Virus record (IMG/VR): IMGVR_UViG_3300037312_000927 | Strand: one strand, 5' to 3' | DNA: 64,000 bases | Source of the DNA: a virus | Shown: in pieces, positions 25,452 through 35,875 of the stretch | Position numbering within the stretch: the first letter of the stretch is position 1 | Layout of the letters: each line of letters starts with the position of its first letter | Translations under genes and position numbers: made by a program | Notes under the pieces: model-generated | The model's database searches: none | Seen by the model: only the letters and a program-made list of their open reading frames with translations | Told to the model about the DNA's origin: nothing

Positions 25452-25879
25452 AAAACTTCCTCATATGTATATTACTTACCCACTCTTACGCATTTTCGAG
25501 TGACACGGTAGTCTGCCCCTCCGAATATTCTACGGAGAATTTAATCACTAAAACTCCAAACGGATGGGAGGGATTAGCTTATGCACCCGGGCCTAGGATG
25601 GTTTTAAGATATGCCGGGGTCCTGGTAGGGGATCCTAAAGTGAGTGCTCAAGGCATTCAGATTCCTCAACCGTCCCTTAAAGTTAAAGGAGGCTTTAAAC
25701 TAAAGTTCCCGTATTTGGATAAGTTTACAGAACCCCTTGAAAAATGGGTGTATTGCGCCTATGGAATAGGAGGAGATGTACAGCTTCTTAAAAAGGTATC
25801 TGATAATACCAAAACTTGTGAAGCAGTCTTTAAAGGGAATGAAAATACCGTAAGTGGGATTACGGTTATTTGTAATTAA
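25448..25879 (+). CDS. periplasmic immunity protein, Tai2-like (STY0301-type)
   Basis: ATGA overlap with the amidase gene; Sec signal peptide; CP...P.GW...G.P...W.YC.Y...C...C four-Cys pattern. Confidence 0.7.
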   Translation: MKNFLICILLTHSYAFSSDTVVCPSEYSTENLITKTPNGWEGLAYAPGPRMVLRYAGVLVGDPKVSAQGIQIPQPSLKVKGGFKLKFPYLDKFTEPLEKWVYCAYGIGGDVQLLKKVSDNTKTCEAVFKGNENTVSGITVICN

Positions 25880-25886
25880 TAGATTA

Positions 25887-25914
25887 AATCCCTGGATGCT
25901 CAGGGATTTTTTTA
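25887..25914. terminator. terminator at the convergent strand switch
   Basis: AAATCCCTG-gatgct-CAGGGATTTTTT. Confidence 0.75.
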
Positions 25915-25917
25915 GCT

Positions 25918-26193
25918 TCATTTAGTGCATTCACTCAGAGCTGCTTTGAGTTCCGTATTCTGACCCTTTAGTAGTTTGTTCTCAGACATTAAGGCTATAA
26001 CTTTTTCATACAGAGTCATATCTTTGTCTAAGTTCTGGGTTGGATACTCAGTTATTTCAGTAACCTTAACGGTAGGTTCGCACTTTGTAGCAATAGGGAC
26101 ATGGACTATCTGAGTTTTAGTGACTGGGTTAGTAGCACACCCTGATAACAGAAGCATGCTCGTTAGAAGCAACGCAATACATAGTTTGATCAT
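25918..26193 (-). CDS. o-spanin (Rz1-like lipoprotein)
   Basis: LLLSG-C lipobox; directly after the i-spanin. Confidence 0.85.
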   Translation of the reverse strand: MIKLCIALLLTSMLLLSGCATNPVTKTQIVHVPIATKCEPTVKVTEITEYPTQNLDKDMTLYEKVIALMSENKLLKGQNTELKAALSECTK

Positions 26194-26636
26194 TTTGGGC
26201 TCCTTGAATCAATCATCTCATTCATAAGTTGCTGAGTAGCAAGATAGTCCTTCAGTTGAGCTTCTTTATCGCTGCCGCCATATTGGGACTGATTTTGAAG
26301 TGTTACCACAGGCTGAATAGGTTTGCGAAGATTAAGGCTCTCAGAAGCCTTATAATCGACCACAGCCTGCTTTTTAGCATCATCTAGGGCTGCTCTAGCT
26401 TTGGAAGTAATTTCGTCTTCACGGGCCTTTAAAGCGTCCGTAGCCCCACTGCATTCTGTCAAGGCCGATATCTTATCATCGTAAGACTCTTTCAGGGCAG
26501 CGAAATTTACCTCTAGGGTTTTATATTTGTCTGACAGATGATTACAGTACAATCCTAACCCTAGCACAACTAAGGTTATTAGACCACACAAAATCTGTTT
26601 AATAGATAGGTTTGGCATAGTAGGAATTCCACACAT
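26190..26636 (-). CDS. i-spanin (Rz-like)
   Basis: N-terminal TM and coiled coil, between endolysin and lipoprotein. Confidence 0.8.
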   Translation of the reverse strand: MCGIPTMPNLSIKQILCGLITLVVLGLGLYCNHLSDKYKTLEVNFAALKESYDDKISALTECSGATDALKAREDEITSKARAALDDAKKQAVVDYKASESLNLRKPIQPVVTLQNQSQYGGSDKEAQLKDYLATQQLMNEMIDSRSPK

Positions 26637-27172
26637 TATACACCTAGTACTTTTTTAGCTCTAGACCAATAGTTCATACGATCATCCAGCCCATTATAAC
26701 CACCGTTTATACGTTTTGTGACGAGCTTGAATGCATCTTCCGTATTATCAATAGCGATGCTATTAAGCTTTTTATTATTCCAAAACCATCCCGCACTTTT
26801 GGTTGCCCATTCCGGGGTCTCTAGAAGTTCTGGCTTGTTTATAAAATCTACACCGAATGCCTTAGACAGTTCAGTGTAATTTGAACGACCGGTAATCTGT
26901 ATAAGACCTCGGCCTTTAAAACGTGCACCGTCACCTTTTTGGATGTTGCCTAAATCTTTTCTGCCTTCGTAAGCTTCACCACTTGCTAGTTCTTTAGTAT
27001 AGACACAGGCTCCCGACTCGTGCATTATTTGGGCGATGAACATTGCTACTTGACTAGGCGTGTTGATGCCATAGGCCAAAAGGGTCTCGTTTATATATTT
27101 AATATATAAGCTGAGTTTAGGCTCTTTGATAGTCGGAGCAATGGCGGAGAGCTGTTCTTTAGTTAAAGACAT
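26636..27172 (-). CDS. endolysin, glycoside hydrolase family 19
   Basis: AQIMHES, YEGRKDLGN, FKGRGLIQITGRSNY, INGGYNGLDDR. Confidence 0.93.
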   Translation of the reverse strand: MSLTKEQLSAIAPTIKEPKLSLYIKYINETLLAYGINTPSQVAMFIAQIMHESGACVYTKELASGEAYEGRKDLGNIQKGDGARFKGRGLIQITGRSNYTELSKAFGVDFINKPELLETPEWATKSAGWFWNNKKLNSIAIDNTEDAFKLVTKRINGGYNGLDDRMNYWSRAKKVLGV

Positions 27173-27178
27173 GATGAT

Positions 27179-27541
27179 TTACTTTTTAGAAAATATCTCT
27201 TTCAGTAGTTGTTTAATCTTATTTTTAAGAGGCGCTTTCATAAGGATTGATGCCTCATAAAAAAGTACCCAGCTTAATAAAACTACCATAGTGATCTGAA
27301 ATGTATTGAACGTTGAATGATATTTCAGAAATTCGTCAGGGGCCAGCAGAACCATAAATAGGTTGCTTATAGCTTCTATATTTATGAATGCCAGAATATA
27401 CTTAAGGGAAGTAACCCCTATACCCTTTATATTAGTCAATTCTAGGGCAGCTACGAAAGATACTGCTCCTAGAACTGAACAAAGCAGAGCTGTGGAAAAC
27501 AGCTCTGGATTCGTCACGATAAGGTACAGATTCTCCATCAC
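27179..27541 (-). CDS. multi-TM membrane protein (holin/antiholin candidate)
   Basis: Three to four hydrophobic helices, basic C-terminus, within the lysis cassette. Confidence 0.65.
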   Translation of the reverse strand: MMENLYLIVTNPELFSTALLCSVLGAVSFVAALELTNIKGIGVTSLKYILAFINIEAISNLFMVLLAPDEFLKYHSTFNTFQITMVVLLSWVLFYEASILMKAPLKNKIKQLLKEIFSKK

Positions 27542-27924
27542 TGAGAGTCTCCTTTATCCTTTTCAGGACCTAAAGTGGTTCCAATAGTTCTATTTACTAA
27601 ACTAGTCAGCACGTCTCCTCCTCGATCTTCGATCCATTTTAGCAAGGCTCTAACGACGAAAACCCCGGTTGCACCCATAACCCAGGAGAGGGCAACGACA
27701 CCTTCTAGAGATGTAACGTTCAGTTTTTGGGCAAGCCAAGGACCTACGAATATAGAGAAATTGGATCCTGTTATTGCCATGAAGAATCCATTAATAGCTG
27801 TGATCTTGGCCCTGTCTGCCAGAGCAAGGATAGGTATAATGCTTCCACATACCCCTGCTACAATACTCCATATTTTCGCTATTGAAAAATAGGTAGCAAC
27901 CGATGTTGATACTGGTTCCGTCAT
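27538..27924 (-). CDS. holin candidate
   Basis: Three TM segments, charged C-terminus, upstream of the endolysin. Confidence 0.7.
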   Translation of the reverse strand: MTEPVSTSVATYFSIAKIWSIVAGVCGSIIPILALADRAKITAINGFFMAITGSNFSIFVGPWLAQKLNVTSLEGVVALSWVMGATGVFVVRALLKWIEDRGGDVLTSLVNRTIGTTLGPEKDKGDSQ

Positions 27925-27944
27925 TTTTATTCCTAAGTTAGTGA

Positions 27945-28253
27945 CTAGATGCCACGTGAATTATTACAATGATTTTTGTTGATTGCGTCAAGTAATTTAC
28001 ACAGTAAACACCATGCCTTTACGCCTTCATCCCTACCTCTAGCAGATCGAGAGCTCATTGTTTCTGTGTCCCTACCTCCAGTAGCAGCGTTCAGTAAGCG
28101 ATCAGAGGCAACTATCATCCTCCAAGCTCTCCCACTTCCCACTAGGATTGCTACAAAACCCCAAATAAAAGATACTAGATAGATTAATCCACAGCCCATC
28201 CAGATTAGCATTAAAAGAAATCTATTCACACCTCCTCCATTTAGGTTGGCCAA
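27945..28253 (-). CDS. small membrane hypothetical protein
   Basis: TM helix followed by DRLLNAATGG..ETMSSR...CLLCKLL...HC. Confidence 0.7.
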   Translation of the reverse strand: MANLNGGGVNRFLLMLIWMGCGLIYLVSFIWGFVAILVGSGRAWRMIVASDRLLNAATGGRDTETMSSRSARGRDEGVKAWCLLCKLLDAINKNHCNNSRGI

Positions 28254-28939
28254 CCTTCATTTATATTTAAGGTATTTAAATCCGTAAGATTTGTTGCAGC
28301 AGTCACTGCTGCTTTAAGTCCTTTAGCAAATTCGTGAAGAGCATTTGCATGAGTAGCTAATGCCACAGGTAGGGCCATTATCTCAGTGCCATTAAAGGTC
28401 ATTGTAGTGTTATCCTGACATGTCCAGACAATAGAGAAAGATTGTCCATTCAGGGCAGCGATCTGAGCTGCTTGAACAGCAGTGTTTATACGCTGAACGC
28501 TTCGTTCATCAGAATCAAAAATTTTACCTTTATAAGTAAAACCCGCTGCTTCCAATCGATCTCTTTTGGCATTTATATCAATAGTTTTCTGTGTTTTGGC
28601 GTCAGCCAGTGTCAGGGGTTGGTTTAAAGTTACCTTATTTTCAACACCAATTAAACTACTAACAATATTCATGGAAGTATCCACGGAAGAGCTTTTGATT
28701 TTATCTTGTAAATCAAACCATGCCGTAGGACAAAATGCCATTATATAGTCTACTAAAGCCTGACCCGTGGGGGCGGGGATAGGTAGGGTTATGATATAAT
28801 CAGTACGATAGACTCTGGGAGTACCATCAGCATTCCACGAAGATACCAGAGATGATTCCGGCAAACTATCGGAATAAAAACGAACCAGAATCTGGTGTTC
28901 TTCCGGGATGGTTTTTATAATTCTATATTTAATATCCAT
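28241..28939 (-). CDS. DUF4376-type tail fibre assembly protein
   Basis: C-terminal INAKRDRLEAAGF.YKG..FDSD..S...W...DN...L...GWP. Confidence 0.75.
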   Translation of the reverse strand: MDIKYRIIKTIPEEHQILVRFYSDSLPESSLVSSWNADGTPRVYRTDYIITLPIPAPTGQALVDYIMAFCPTAWFDLQDKIKSSSVDTSMNIVSSLIGVENKVTLNQPLTLADAKTQKTIDINAKRDRLEAAGFTYKGKIFDSDERSVQRINTAVQAAQIAALNGQSFSIVWTCQDNTTMTFNGTEIMALPVALATHANALHEFAKGLKAAVTAATNLTDLNTLNINEGWPT

Positions 28940-28940
28940 T

Positions 28941-29867
28941 TTAAGTACCTGAAGTTGATCCTACTAAATTGCCATTTGCTATGAAATTAACCACTGCAGT
29001 TCCCCTTACACTATATCCTGCAGGGCCATCGGAGCCGTCATTAGAATAATAATTGTTACCTGCTGCACCGGCAGGGCCACCTGATCCATTAGGCCAGTTG
29101 GTTATACTAACCCCTACCGAGGAGCTAATTCCACTAGTACCGGGAGAACCAGCCCTACCAAGAGTTCCCCCCGCACCACCATTACCTCCAGTTGTTGAAG
29201 ATACGAAATCATTAGGCCCGGACCCGTAGGAGCCATTTATAAACTGTTGACCAGTACCACCTCTGCCCCCGGGGTAATAAGCCCATTGGGAAGAATCACC
29301 AGGGCTACTAGCATTGGCCCACTTGGCACCACCGCCTCCGCCTCCGCCTCCACCGCCGCCATCACCACCATATCCGACGGTTCCGCTACCTCCGTATCCG
29401 CCTACTCCGCCCGAGATAGTACCTCCAGTATTATCTATGGTAAGCCTTACTCTTGCATAAACTCCGGGTCCACCTCTACCCCCGGTGCCGCCATCACTGG
29501 CATATCCATCACTACCTCTAGTTCCGCTAGATCCATTGGCAGCGAATGTGACTCCGGACCCAGATCCCCCAGATCCGCCTGCACCTCCAAATCCACTGTT
29601 AGCTGTAGATGCAGAACCGTTAGCCCCTCTGGTGCCCCTGCCACCTTTTATCGTACCAGTATTTTTTAAATACAGTTGAGACGCGGCGTGCCAGCCAGTA
29701 CCAGTGTCTATTGCAGGATTACCGGTACCATCAGTACTTGCTACCGTACCTGTAGATAGACACGTCACCATAACGGGCCCTAAAGGATTTCCTGCGGCAG
29801 TCCTCATATTATAGTTAGAGGCGTTACCTGGAGTTAACACTATGGTTCGTATCGGTACACAAAACAT
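28941..29867 (-). CDS. glycine-rich adhesin-like tail protein
   Basis: GGxGGxGG loops separated by short beta-strands; TAATG coupling places the start at 29867. Confidence 0.65.
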   Translation of the reverse strand: MFCVPIRTIVLTPGNASNYNMRTAAGNPLGPVMVTCLSTGTVASTDGTGNPAIDTGTGWHAASQLYLKNTGTIKGGRGTRGANGSASTANSGFGGAGGSGGSGSGVTFAANGSSGTRGSDGYASDGGTGGRGGPGVYARVRLTIDNTGGTISGGVGGYGGSGTVGYGGDGGGGGGGGGGGAKWANASSPGDSSQWAYYPGGRGGTGQQFINGSYGSGPNDFVSSTTGGNGGAGGTLGRAGSPGTSGISSSVGVSITNWPNGSGGPAGAAGNNYYSNDGSDGPAGYSVRGTAVVNFIANGNLVGSTSGT

Positions 29868-30235
29868 TACATATTCCTTACGTACGAAACGTAGATATTG
29901 GTGCCATCGCAAATCCCAGAGATTAGATCAACGGAATTGGCTGCAGTTGAGAGGGTCGGAGGAAGTTTTTCTGGCCAATGGAATACACTGCCCCACGAAG
30001 TCACAGTTCTGCTTCCTACAGAATCTTGTCTTACAAATAATGAAACTCCGCCTACTTTAAGGTTTGTAGGGTTGTTAATAACCCGGTTCCCGCCTAGGGT
30101 AACCGTGGCTATATTGCCTTTACTGATGTTCCAATCTATGTTCGCTGCATCAGTCAGTGTTTGAGAAAGGTCCGGAGTAACAGTAGCCCCGCTACCGCTG
30201 CTTGACGTCCCAGAACCCGATAATGATCTTCCCAT
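29867..30235 (-). CDS. tail fibre-associated structural protein
   Basis: AAGG RBS; beta-rich (IDW...ATVTLGGN...QDSVGSRTVTSW...PTLST.ANSVD). Confidence 0.7.
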   Translation of the reverse strand: MGRSLSGSGTSSSGSGATVTPDLSQTLTDAANIDWNISKGNIATVTLGGNRVINNPTNLKVGGVSLFVRQDSVGSRTVTSWGSVFHWPEKLPPTLSTAANSVDLISGICDGTNIYVSYVRNM

Positions 30236-30363
30236 TTTTTTTATCCTTGTTGTTATTGAGGAGCGCCTCAATTTATAAAAGTATTTTAACTATAAGAAAC
30301 CCGCCGAAGCGGGTTTGTTGGGTCAGTTTAAATTTTAGCTGAGAAGATTATCCATGTAAAACT

Positions 30364-32115
30364 TTAGGCAATCTCTAATACACCATTTATATACAGCGTC
30401 GCTGCAGTATCAAAGGCAAGCTGAGCCAAGGTATTCCCAGAAGTCTCAGACCATATACGGATTTTGTTATCTCCGGCTGATACAGCAGCACATAGTTGGC
30501 CTGTGTACGTAAGCCCATCTGCCATGACGTTTAAAACCTGTAGTTTATTAGCGACTGTGAATGGTAGATTAACTGTCATAGATCCCGTCCCCGTATGGGC
30601 AGTCCAGCTAATATTCATCCATACGTTAGAAAACTTACCGTCCTGAGTATAAGTACCTGATTGAGTAGTATAAGTCCCCGTACCTACAACGGTAGTTCCG
30701 CTTACTGCAGGAGTAAAAGTATTAGAGACTAAAATACCCAGCTCTTTACGTGTAGTATAACTAGCACTATCCACTATAGTATTGGTACAGTTACCAAAAT
30801 TAAAATTCTCTATAAGCCGAGTGCCATTACAGCCTGTTCCTATGACGATGCCATTAATCATAGTATTACCTATAGTTGCTCCGTATTGGTTAGAGGATAC
30901 TTCCGCACCGAATACGTTACTTTTCAAATTTATACCATTAGTGACAGTTGAAGAAGATCCTCCTCCAGGAGCAGCTAATGAATTGTTAGATACTTTGAGG
31001 CACCGAACTGAATTTAGAGAACTTTCCGCACTTATAAGATTGGTTACAGTTATTAGGCTGTTTATGATGAAACTATTTCCTGATAAATCAGCCCCAGATG
31101 ATATGTACCCGCCCCCAGGTTCATCTACGATAGCTAAGCCGCTATTAGTGAATATAATAGCTTGGTTTGAACTGTTGATAAACGCAATAGAATTTTCTGT
31201 AGCTTTAACACCTGATACTGCTGTAGTAAATTCCACCGCGTTGGAAGTTAAATTGTAAACCTCCTGTTGATTGCTATGGAAAGAAACATTGGAACTGGCA
31301 CCGTGAGCATAGAGCTGTCTACCGCTACCTCCTTTAAGTCTATTTCCTATAATCAGGACGCCTTTACAGGAATTTACTTCCACCTGATCGGTGATACCAC
31401 CATTAAATATACAGTTCTGATCTATGCATACCCCATTGCATGCATTTAAATAAAGTAGTCTTCCAGCAGGAGGGCTATCTATAGTAGTCCCACTAATACT
31501 GACTTTAAGAACGTTATCAAGATAAATACCGCCAGACATATATGAAGTGCATTTATCTATTTTTAGGGCCATGCCTCCATACGAGTACACTAATTTAGCG
31601 GACATAGGATTTCCATCTTTATCCTTGCCATTGCCAGATGAGTATTGAACCCAAAGTCTTTCCAGGATAATAAACTGAGGTCCAGTTGCAAGGCCGCCTA
31701 ATATGGATATAATGTGCCCATTATTAGATGTCCCGTTTACTCTGAAATTTCCAAGGTGGATATTTGAAATATCCCCGGACAATTCTAGGAGCGGATCCGC
31801 AGCTGTACTATCAGAAATCGCATTTGTAAAAATACAATTTTGACCATCAAATTGGAAATTCCCTTTGGTAATAGGGATTTTTGCAGTAATCTTATGAGTT
31901 CTTCCAGGAGAGCCTAACAGTCTTAGTCCATTATTCTGAGCGAACGTAAATGCGTTGGTAACAGACACGGTATCATCAGCTATCCCGTCTCCAACTGCAC
32001 CGAAGTCCATTAGATTAATATAGTCGCCGAATTTATCTTTAGCGCTTCTTTCTACAGTATTATTTATAGAATAGTCGTGTTTTACCAGCTCTGTTGAAAG
32101 TTTAGTTAGTGACAT
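30364..32115 (-). CDS. tailspike/depolymerase 5 (beta-helix)
   Basis: INLMDFGAVGDGIADDT cap motif followed by parallel beta-helix repeats. Confidence 0.85.
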   Translation of the reverse strand: MSLTKLSTELVKHDYSINNTVERSAKDKFGDYINLMDFGAVGDGIADDTVSVTNAFTFAQNNGLRLLGSPGRTHKITAKIPITKGNFQFDGQNCIFTNAISDSTAADPLLELSGDISNIHLGNFRVNGTSNNGHIISILGGLATGPQFIILERLWVQYSSGNGKDKDGNPMSAKLVYSYGGMALKIDKCTSYMSGGIYLDNVLKVSISGTTIDSPPAGRLLYLNACNGVCIDQNCIFNGGITDQVEVNSCKGVLIIGNRLKGGSGRQLYAHGASSNVSFHSNQQEVYNLTSNAVEFTTAVSGVKATENSIAFINSSNQAIIFTNSGLAIVDEPGGGYISSGADLSGNSFIINSLITVTNLISAESSLNSVRCLKVSNNSLAAPGGGSSSTVTNGINLKSNVFGAEVSSNQYGATIGNTMINGIVIGTGCNGTRLIENFNFGNCTNTIVDSASYTTRKELGILVSNTFTPAVSGTTVVGTGTYTTQSGTYTQDGKFSNVWMNISWTAHTGTGSMTVNLPFTVANKLQVLNVMADGLTYTGQLCAAVSAGDNKIRIWSETSGNTLAQLAFDTAATLYINGVLEIA

Positions 32116-32189
32116 AATTATCTTTATAAAAAAGAGGCCTCGAAGGGCCTCTATTATTTTACGTTAGTGGCCTATATAGGTGATCTCTA

Positions 32190-33854
32190 TTAATTTACAG
32201 ATCTACCTACTTCCACCCAGCGAGTAGCAGTGGTCTGGACTAAGGTTAACGAATCACCATAAGTATCAAATGTAAATGTAACACTACCATTCAACTGGAT
32301 AGTGCCAGGGCTGACAGACCCTCCAGACCCTGTGAACAAAGTGATTCTTTTACCTATGTATCCTCCCGTGAAGCCTGTTATAGGAGTCGAGGATGATACA
32401 AAAAACATATCGGCGGAAGACACATCTGGAGTTGCAGAATTACCCAGAACTGGTATGGAAATACTTGCCAAGTTACCTGAGGTATTACCGGCTATGCTAG
32501 GGCTCTGTGAATCCGCTACATTTGCGGACATCATGTTGTTAGACGATGATCCATTTATAGAAACTCCAGTGGCTCCAGAACTGCTTCCCCAAACATTTCC
32601 CACCATAGTCGAGTATGTTTGGTACCCTCCCTGTAGAAAATAGCTGCCACCTAACAGTATGTTACCATTTATTGTTAAGTACCTAGGCCCTGAAGATCCT
32701 ATAGTCCCAGCACCAACTTTAATGGCAGCATTACCTGTGTACGAGGATCTCATATCAAATACATTGGCATTGATGATATTTGCAACTGGTCCATTGGTAT
32801 CAAACCCTATATCAACATCAGAGGGATCAAGTTGAATGCAATACCCCAATGTAGCATTATTACGTGTTTTGAATTGATTACCGGTGATAGTACCTAATGC
32901 GCCTATGAAATATATCAATGTATTATTTAGAGAGCCCAGTCTTATCTCGAAAGTATTGCCGCTGATATAGTCATATTGATATAAGGCGGGAGCTACTGGA
33001 AGAGATCCCTTAATTTGTTTTCTATGGAGCTGAGTATCTATTAGAGTATTACCTATAAATCTCATCTTATTTGCGCCAGTAAAAACGTCCACGTGTGCTA
33101 ACGAATTAGTATTATTATTTCTTATGTAATTGTTAGATATATGAGCGTCGGAGATGCCTCCGGTGATTTTTATAATAGCCTTCCCAAGGCCATCTGGAGC
33201 ATACACATCGAAATAGTTATCCTCTAGATAAACCGGTCCAGCGTTATCATCCGTAGTTCCCCTTTCTGCATATAGATAGGCTGGAGCTATACTAATACTT
33301 GAGTCATGTTGCCAGTTATTACGGTACACTCTAGCAAGAGTCGTAAGACCATAACATTCTATCTTGGATGCGCCTAACACATTGTCAAATATGCGTAGAT
33401 CAGAAATAGGGTAAGCGTTCAGAGCCCCATAAGCAGTGCTTCCAGCTAAGTTATCCCCGTTCCAGAAAAATTGTCTACCAGTTAAAGTAGGGTTAGATAC
33501 CCATTGTATATTGTGGAAGCCATGTATCCACAACATGTCTAAGGGAACTAATACATTAAAAATACCGGAGTCTCTCCCTAGCAAAGACGCCCCTTCACCC
33601 CGTATATCACAGTTCCCTTTGATATTAAGAACCCCTACTTTAAATGTACAGCCTGGGTTAAAGATAAGCGTGGCAGGTAGGGAATCCAAAGCTGCCTGGA
33701 CAGCAGCAGTATCGTCGGTGACTCCGTCCCCTTTGGCCCCAAAGTCCTTTACACTAATGTAATCATTTAGTTTATCGTTAAGAGCTCTCTCTACAATGCC
33801 TGCTGGAATAGGCTTATATTTTATTAACTCTGTTGAAATTTTTGTAGTTGACAT
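32190..33854 (-). CDS. tailspike/depolymerase 4 (beta-helix)
   Basis: ISVKDFGAKGDGVTDDT; N-terminus shared with 30364..32115. Confidence 0.85.
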   Translation of the reverse strand: MSTTKISTELIKYKPIPAGIVERALNDKLNDYISVKDFGAKGDGVTDDTAAVQAALDSLPATLIFNPGCTFKVGVLNIKGNCDIRGEGASLLGRDSGIFNVLVPLDMLWIHGFHNIQWVSNPTLTGRQFFWNGDNLAGSTAYGALNAYPISDLRIFDNVLGASKIECYGLTTLARVYRNNWQHDSSISIAPAYLYAERGTTDDNAGPVYLEDNYFDVYAPDGLGKAIIKITGGISDAHISNNYIRNNNTNSLAHVDVFTGANKMRFIGNTLIDTQLHRKQIKGSLPVAPALYQYDYISGNTFEIRLGSLNNTLIYFIGALGTITGNQFKTRNNATLGYCIQLDPSDVDIGFDTNGPVANIINANVFDMRSSYTGNAAIKVGAGTIGSSGPRYLTINGNILLGGSYFLQGGYQTYSTMVGNVWGSSSGATGVSINGSSSNNMMSANVADSQSPSIAGNTSGNLASISIPVLGNSATPDVSSADMFFVSSSTPITGFTGGYIGKRITLFTGSGGSVSPGTIQLNGSVTFTFDTYGDSLTLVQTTATRWVEVGRSVN

Positions 33855-33883
33855 AGCTTTAGTTTAAATTTGGGTTAGATTAC

Positions 33884-35812
33884 TTAGATCGAGTTTGTCA
33901 AATACGTACCACTAACGGTTACGTAAAACGTTGACCCGGTTATGTTGCTCGCTGAAAGAGCGTTCAAAGCTGAGCCTGAACCCGTAATCATTAGAGCTAT
34001 ATATGGTGTATTTTGTACAAATGATCCATTAACCTGGGTAAAGCCAGCTGCAGTCCACCCACTAGCCATGGCTGAGCAAACTGCATTCTCCTGACCAGGT
34101 ATCACTGAAGGGGTGAATGGTAGGCCATTTATCCACAGCTGTCCTGCCATAGCAGCATCCTTAGATGCTACATTAATAGTTGCTGTCACGAAAACTTGAT
34201 TACCTTTTCTGGAATAGAAGCCAGTTTGAACACTATAAGTGTTGGATCCTGCTGTGCTAGATCCAGCTAACGTAGGAGTCCACATACCTTCTTCTTGATC
34301 AGAGGGGTTGAGCCCATATACTAAGAAGTTAGCATTTTTTGTTTTAGTAAACACGGCTGTAAACGAAGTTGAAGTTACAGAGGTTACAAAAACTTGTTCC
34401 CCTTGAGTCCCATCATCATTTATGCACCACAGCCTGGTATTCGGCCTAATATTTTCCATAGTAGCCGGGGTCACCGAGACGGTAGTTGGAGATGCGATTG
34501 AATTAGGGCAATACGTTACCGCAGTTTGTCTTACTATATTTTGGCGTAGGGCTATTGAGAAGCCTCCTACAAAAGGCGCTGCCTGTCTATAAGGACCTAT
34601 TACTAATTTACTATTTCCTTCTATGATAACTGAGCTAGCTTTCGAACTTGCACCATTGTTAAACAGGATATTTTGCTGTGCGGCTTGACCAAAAAGATTG
34701 TTTACGATAGAACCGCCTTGACAATCATCGATGACTATATGTGAAGGTAGGGCTAGGTCCGTAATTCCGTTACCAGATATACGAGGAGCAGAGCACGGCC
34801 CTACATACTTTGATAGGGAACCCCGTTGCCCTATCGCAGCAGTGCTATCGGTTAGGTATATCGAGGATGAACTATGGCCCTCTATTTCATTTCCATCTAC
34901 TATTAAACTGCTAACCCCTGCTGCACGGATGGCATAGGAACCCGCATTAAAATTGTTATCACGAATGGAATGACAACCGCCCCCATCATCTACAATATTA
35001 GGTCCAGCTCCAGCAGCCGCGTTAAATTGATTATTTTGAACAGTTATTCTATTAGTGAAACCTGCATTTGCCGATGCCGTATGGTCATCCCCATTGACTA
35101 TCCAAATACCACATTTAGTATAAGATGCTTGTTCGATGTCAGAGTGCGCAATAGTTGCAATCTCAGTTTGATCAAAGACTACTGGATACATAAATCCAGA
35201 AACCATTATCCCATCTAAGTCTACAAAAGTTCCCCCTACGTCTACAAACCCGCAGCCAGTATTAGAAGTATTAGTACATACTATTCCAATATTTCTAACC
35301 CCGTTGTTAGCAGCAGTGCTAGAGTTGATTGGCCAAGTTGACTTAATACCGTCTCCAGAGCTAGAAAAACTTAGGATGGATTTAGTCCTACCGTCACCTT
35401 CCAGTATAGTATCAGATCCTATATTCAAGCTTCCGCTGCAAATATAGGTACCGGGAGGCACGTACACCCGGCCCTTAACGCTTAGTGCAGAGTTTATGGC
35501 GGAGGTATCATCAGTGAAATTATCCCCCATTGACCCAAACCATTTTACATTTACAGCACCATTATACTGTCGTTTCCATCTCTTACCATTGTAAGATACA
35601 ATGACGGTACCCCCATTATCAACGGACGATGTATCCCCATCATCTCTAACGAAATTACCGGCAATGCCAGGTTTCACTACGTAAACAGAGGATTGAGGGC
35701 CTATATATAGACGTAATGCTATATAGTCGGTTAAACGTAGTGTATTAATAAAACTTTCCACAGTATCAGTACCGTGGGATATCATACTGCTTCTGGCTTT
35801 TGTTAGTGACAT
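33884..35812 (-). CDS. tailspike/depolymerase 3 (beta-helix)
   Basis: GKRWKRQY..VNVKWFG.MGDNFTDDT. Confidence 0.85.
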   Translation of the reverse strand: MSLTKARSSMISHGTDTVESFINTLRLTDYIALRLYIGPQSSVYVVKPGIAGNFVRDDGDTSSVDNGGTVIVSYNGKRWKRQYNGAVNVKWFGSMGDNFTDDTSAINSALSVKGRVYVPPGTYICSGSLNIGSDTILEGDGRTKSILSFSSSGDGIKSTWPINSSTAANNGVRNIGIVCTNTSNTGCGFVDVGGTFVDLDGIMVSGFMYPVVFDQTEIATIAHSDIEQASYTKCGIWIVNGDDHTASANAGFTNRITVQNNQFNAAAGAGPNIVDDGGGCHSIRDNNFNAGSYAIRAAGVSSLIVDGNEIEGHSSSSIYLTDSTAAIGQRGSLSKYVGPCSAPRISGNGITDLALPSHIVIDDCQGGSIVNNLFGQAAQQNILFNNGASSKASSVIIEGNSKLVIGPYRQAAPFVGGFSIALRQNIVRQTAVTYCPNSIASPTTVSVTPATMENIRPNTRLWCINDDGTQGEQVFVTSVTSTSFTAVFTKTKNANFLVYGLNPSDQEEGMWTPTLAGSSTAGSNTYSVQTGFYSRKGNQVFVTATINVASKDAAMAGQLWINGLPFTPSVIPGQENAVCSAMASGWTAAGFTQVNGSFVQNTPYIALMITGSGSALNALSASNITGSTFYVTVSGTYLTNSI

Positions 35813-35875
35813 ATTAGATTATCTTTAGGAAAAAGAGGCCTCGAAGGGCCTCTAGTATTTTACCTCAATAGATTA

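Noticed and set aside
26636-27172. Chitinase as an auxiliary metabolic gene
   Set aside because: A GH19 protein flanked by holin-like and spanin genes is the standard endolysin.
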